A stretch of 63,828 nt of DNA, the filler included, from Collodictyon triciliatum (lineage: Eukaryota): assembly GCA_043381765.1 (NCBI GenBank). It is 24 parts of 24 records of this genome, joined end to end, with 100 filler letters (N's around TTAATTAATTAA, not from the genome) between each part and the next. Parts side by side here need not be neighbours in the genome. Positions count along the whole stretch, not along the records: positions 61,272 to 63,828 come from JBHJMP010008676.1; 23 more parts are not named here. One strand, given 5' to 3'. Positions 61,272-63,828 of the stretch are shown here, in pieces. A program made the position numbers and the translations under genes. The notes beneath the pieces were generated by a model, which saw nothing but the letters and a program-made list of their open reading frames with translations, was not told where the DNA came from and made no database searches. Each line of letters starts with the position of its first letter. The first letter of the stretch is position 1.

Positions 61272-63828
61272 ATTCGAAAGAGAAATTAAGAAGCCAAGCA
61301 AGTATCGGCCATTCTGTGCTTGCATCCTTCATTCCTTGTTCAACTATGCTTTTTAGCGTCAACAAAAATTCCCTCAGGTTTTCTCTGGTGATGTGCTTGG
61401 GGATTTCTGATTCAACATATCCTTGTCCTTGCGTTATCGCTCCTCCAAGAATGTCAATGAATTTGGTAGACAAAATTATATTTCGAGCTTTTTGCGCTAA
61501 GAATATCAATAAGAAAGCAAGTCTGCAATAGCTATTTTTATCTTTTGCAAGAGATCGAATATTTGAGATTGTATGATGGTCATCAAGCTTCCTCTTACAT
61601 ACAAATGCCAGTTCATGAATAATATCGACAACAGTCTGAGCAGAATTATTTCTGACAAGCAAGAGTGGGTTCCTTCCTTCATCAACAGGAGAGAGGTAGC
61701 AAGAAATAATATTATCCAATATCATACCAAATCCTTCGTCCAAGGAGTAGCCATCTATTCTTGAGGAGAACCAAGGAAAGCCTGATGGGATAATCCATGA
61801 GAGGTTAGGGTGGAATATACAACCTCCTTTCCCACCATAAGTGTAGTCATATATGTATGGTTGTGACTTGATTTGGTGGTTTGTTATTTCGAACGTATAG
61901 GTGCACAAGTAATATCTCTCAAGGAGGAAATAGAAAACACCAGGAATGAAAGATGGCATCAACATTTTTTTCTTTTGTTCCTGAATATTCAGTCGACTAA
62001 TTACTTCGTTCGTTTCCTTAGTTATATGAACATCGATGGAATACTGAGCTGAAGACTCCAAAAAAGGTTTTTTGATTGCAGCAAGCACAATTACAAAACC
62101 AGGTTTATCTAAATTGTGATTCAAAGGAATTGACTGTGGAATCGATAACTCATATGCCTCCACATCCTCTTTTAGTTTTTGGATGAACTTCGGTGGGTCA
62201 CAGACTAAATCCATAGGAAACTGGAGCCATCTTCCGGTTGATATTATTTTGACAAGTCCTTTGAACAGCGGTATGGATTTTTCTTTGTTAATTTGTCCGA
62301 AATCGACCGTGCTACTTGAGTAACTAGTGTTCAGTTGGTGAATTGGGGTTGACTTTCTGAAACTCACCCCGCTGTGGAATATAAACCTGCTACTCTCAGG
62401 GTGATGTGCATAATAATAGAGTGATTGCGATAAATGATTTTCACCATCCCAATTTAATGAGAACCTATATTTCATGCTTTCAGCTTTTGGAAAAACACAG
62501 CAGAACAAACCTTTTTCGAGCTTGATAAGCGTGTATTTTTTTTCGGTCTTTTCGTTGATGGTGATTATATTGATTGAAAATCCCGGGAGAGGTATCCCTT
62601 CACAGTTTTCTTCAATGGCAAGAAAAATGAACAAGGGGTCTTCTCTCAGGCCATACTCTTTTTCCATATTGAATCTGACAGACTCTTCATCATTTGGCTC
62701 AGAGAAAGTATTTGTTTCATTAGCTTGAGCAGATGTTTGTTCTGGGGAAGGGATAGAAGACGATTCAACAGCCACCCATTCCGATGAAATCGATGACGAA
62801 TTTTCTTGACGTGATTGCAAGTCGCTAGCACGTGAGATGTGACCATTTTCTTCATCCTTAGAAGATACTGCTAGTGCAATATCGATGGTATTTTCCTCTG
62901 CGGGTGGGGATGATTGAAGAACGTCGTGTGTGATTTTTGGTGCTGATTGCGGGCTGATTGGTGGCAATTCCACAGGCTTTGATTCGGGAATAGAGTCATC
63001 TCTTTCTTCTTGATTCCTATCTACAGTAGAGTTAGGAGAAGGGGGTTTTACTTCATCAAGATTTGCTGCTGGAGGGTTGCTTGGTGGGGCATGCCCTGCT
63101 TTTGGGATTCCTTCGATCTTCTCTACCATATTCGGGATGTTTGAGAATAAATCATGCACTTCCTTTTCCGTCAAACCCTTCAAATCACCTTTATGGTAGT
63201 AGCCTCTGTATATCAGTATGATGGACTGTTCAACAGGGACACCCGCTTCCTTCCATTCACACACCATTTCGGACAGATTACAGAGCAAAGTTCGTGGTAC
63301 ATCATAATGCAGTATTCCGTGAAAGGACGATATATGCGCACGCACAACATCTAGTAGGCTCAAGTCTTTGAGTCCGTAAAAATTTAGATCACTTAACAGA
63401 CCTTGTAAACCAAAAACCTGCAAGCCTGTGTTCAGGCTAGGGACTACATTAGGAATATTTGATTTAAAAGCTGAAGTCTCAAATGGAACTTCCATCTCCA
63501 AACGGGTTTGCACCAAGTATCCATCTCCAATAGAATATTTCAACAACTTTGATTCAATTTCTTCCTTATCACTAGAGGATGGCCCAATTCCCATGTGAAC
63601 GAATATGTGTGATATCCTCTTTAATTGAAGAGATCGGTCTCTCCACGGGTTGAACCCTTTTGCCTGAAAAAGGAACATTTTTCTAACTTGAGGACTTAAG
63701 GACAATTCTAAACACAGCTTATCAAGATCATGTGAATTGCAAATTGAAAGGACAAAAGGAGAACTGAATCCCTTTCTAGATAATGCCAAGACTTTCTCAG
63801 AATCCAGAAATGGAAAGAAATCACTCCA
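61272..63828 (-). CDS. Large hypothetical protein, uninterrupted internal fragment (~850 codons)
   Basis: One frame is open across the whole contig, with a Pro/Ser/Glu-rich linker followed by a beta-rich and then a helical region. Confidence 0.85.

Overview
This window is not one locus. It is 24 short contigs (2569 falling to 2557 bp, i.e. size-sorted) joined by an artificial 100-nt linker (44 N + TTAATTAATTAA + 44 N), so adjacency across linkers means nothing. Most contigs come from an AT-rich, intron-rich microbial eukaryote using the standard code with GT-AG introns, and many end in microsatellites. One contig (53297-55855) looks bacterial. Recognisable gene fragments include a CaMKK-like kinase, P5 ATPase, WD40 protein, tRNA-Asn, tandem-WW protein, two paralogous Cys-rich multi-TM receptors (one a pseudogene), a poxvirus VP39-like cap 2'-O-methyltransferase, RasGAP, a CH+DUF4062 protein, a pseudokinase-kinase tandem, an inositol 5-phosphatase, a Frizzled-CRD protein, TM2D3, a GT92 glycosyltransferase and an ASH-domain protein. 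The most notable signals are: (1) a decayed Fanzor1-like (eukaryotic TnpB/OMEGA nuclease) N-terminus at 50737-51070, readable in full only after removing a TSD-flanked retro-insertion, whose upstream region recurs in another contig; (2) a non-LTR retroelement family leaving tiny poly(A)-tailed 3' stubs in four contigs, two of them TSD-flanked; (3) a two-level tandem array at 385-2370 followed by a TATATAGGG motif. All family assignments come from motif recognition by eye; no searches were run.
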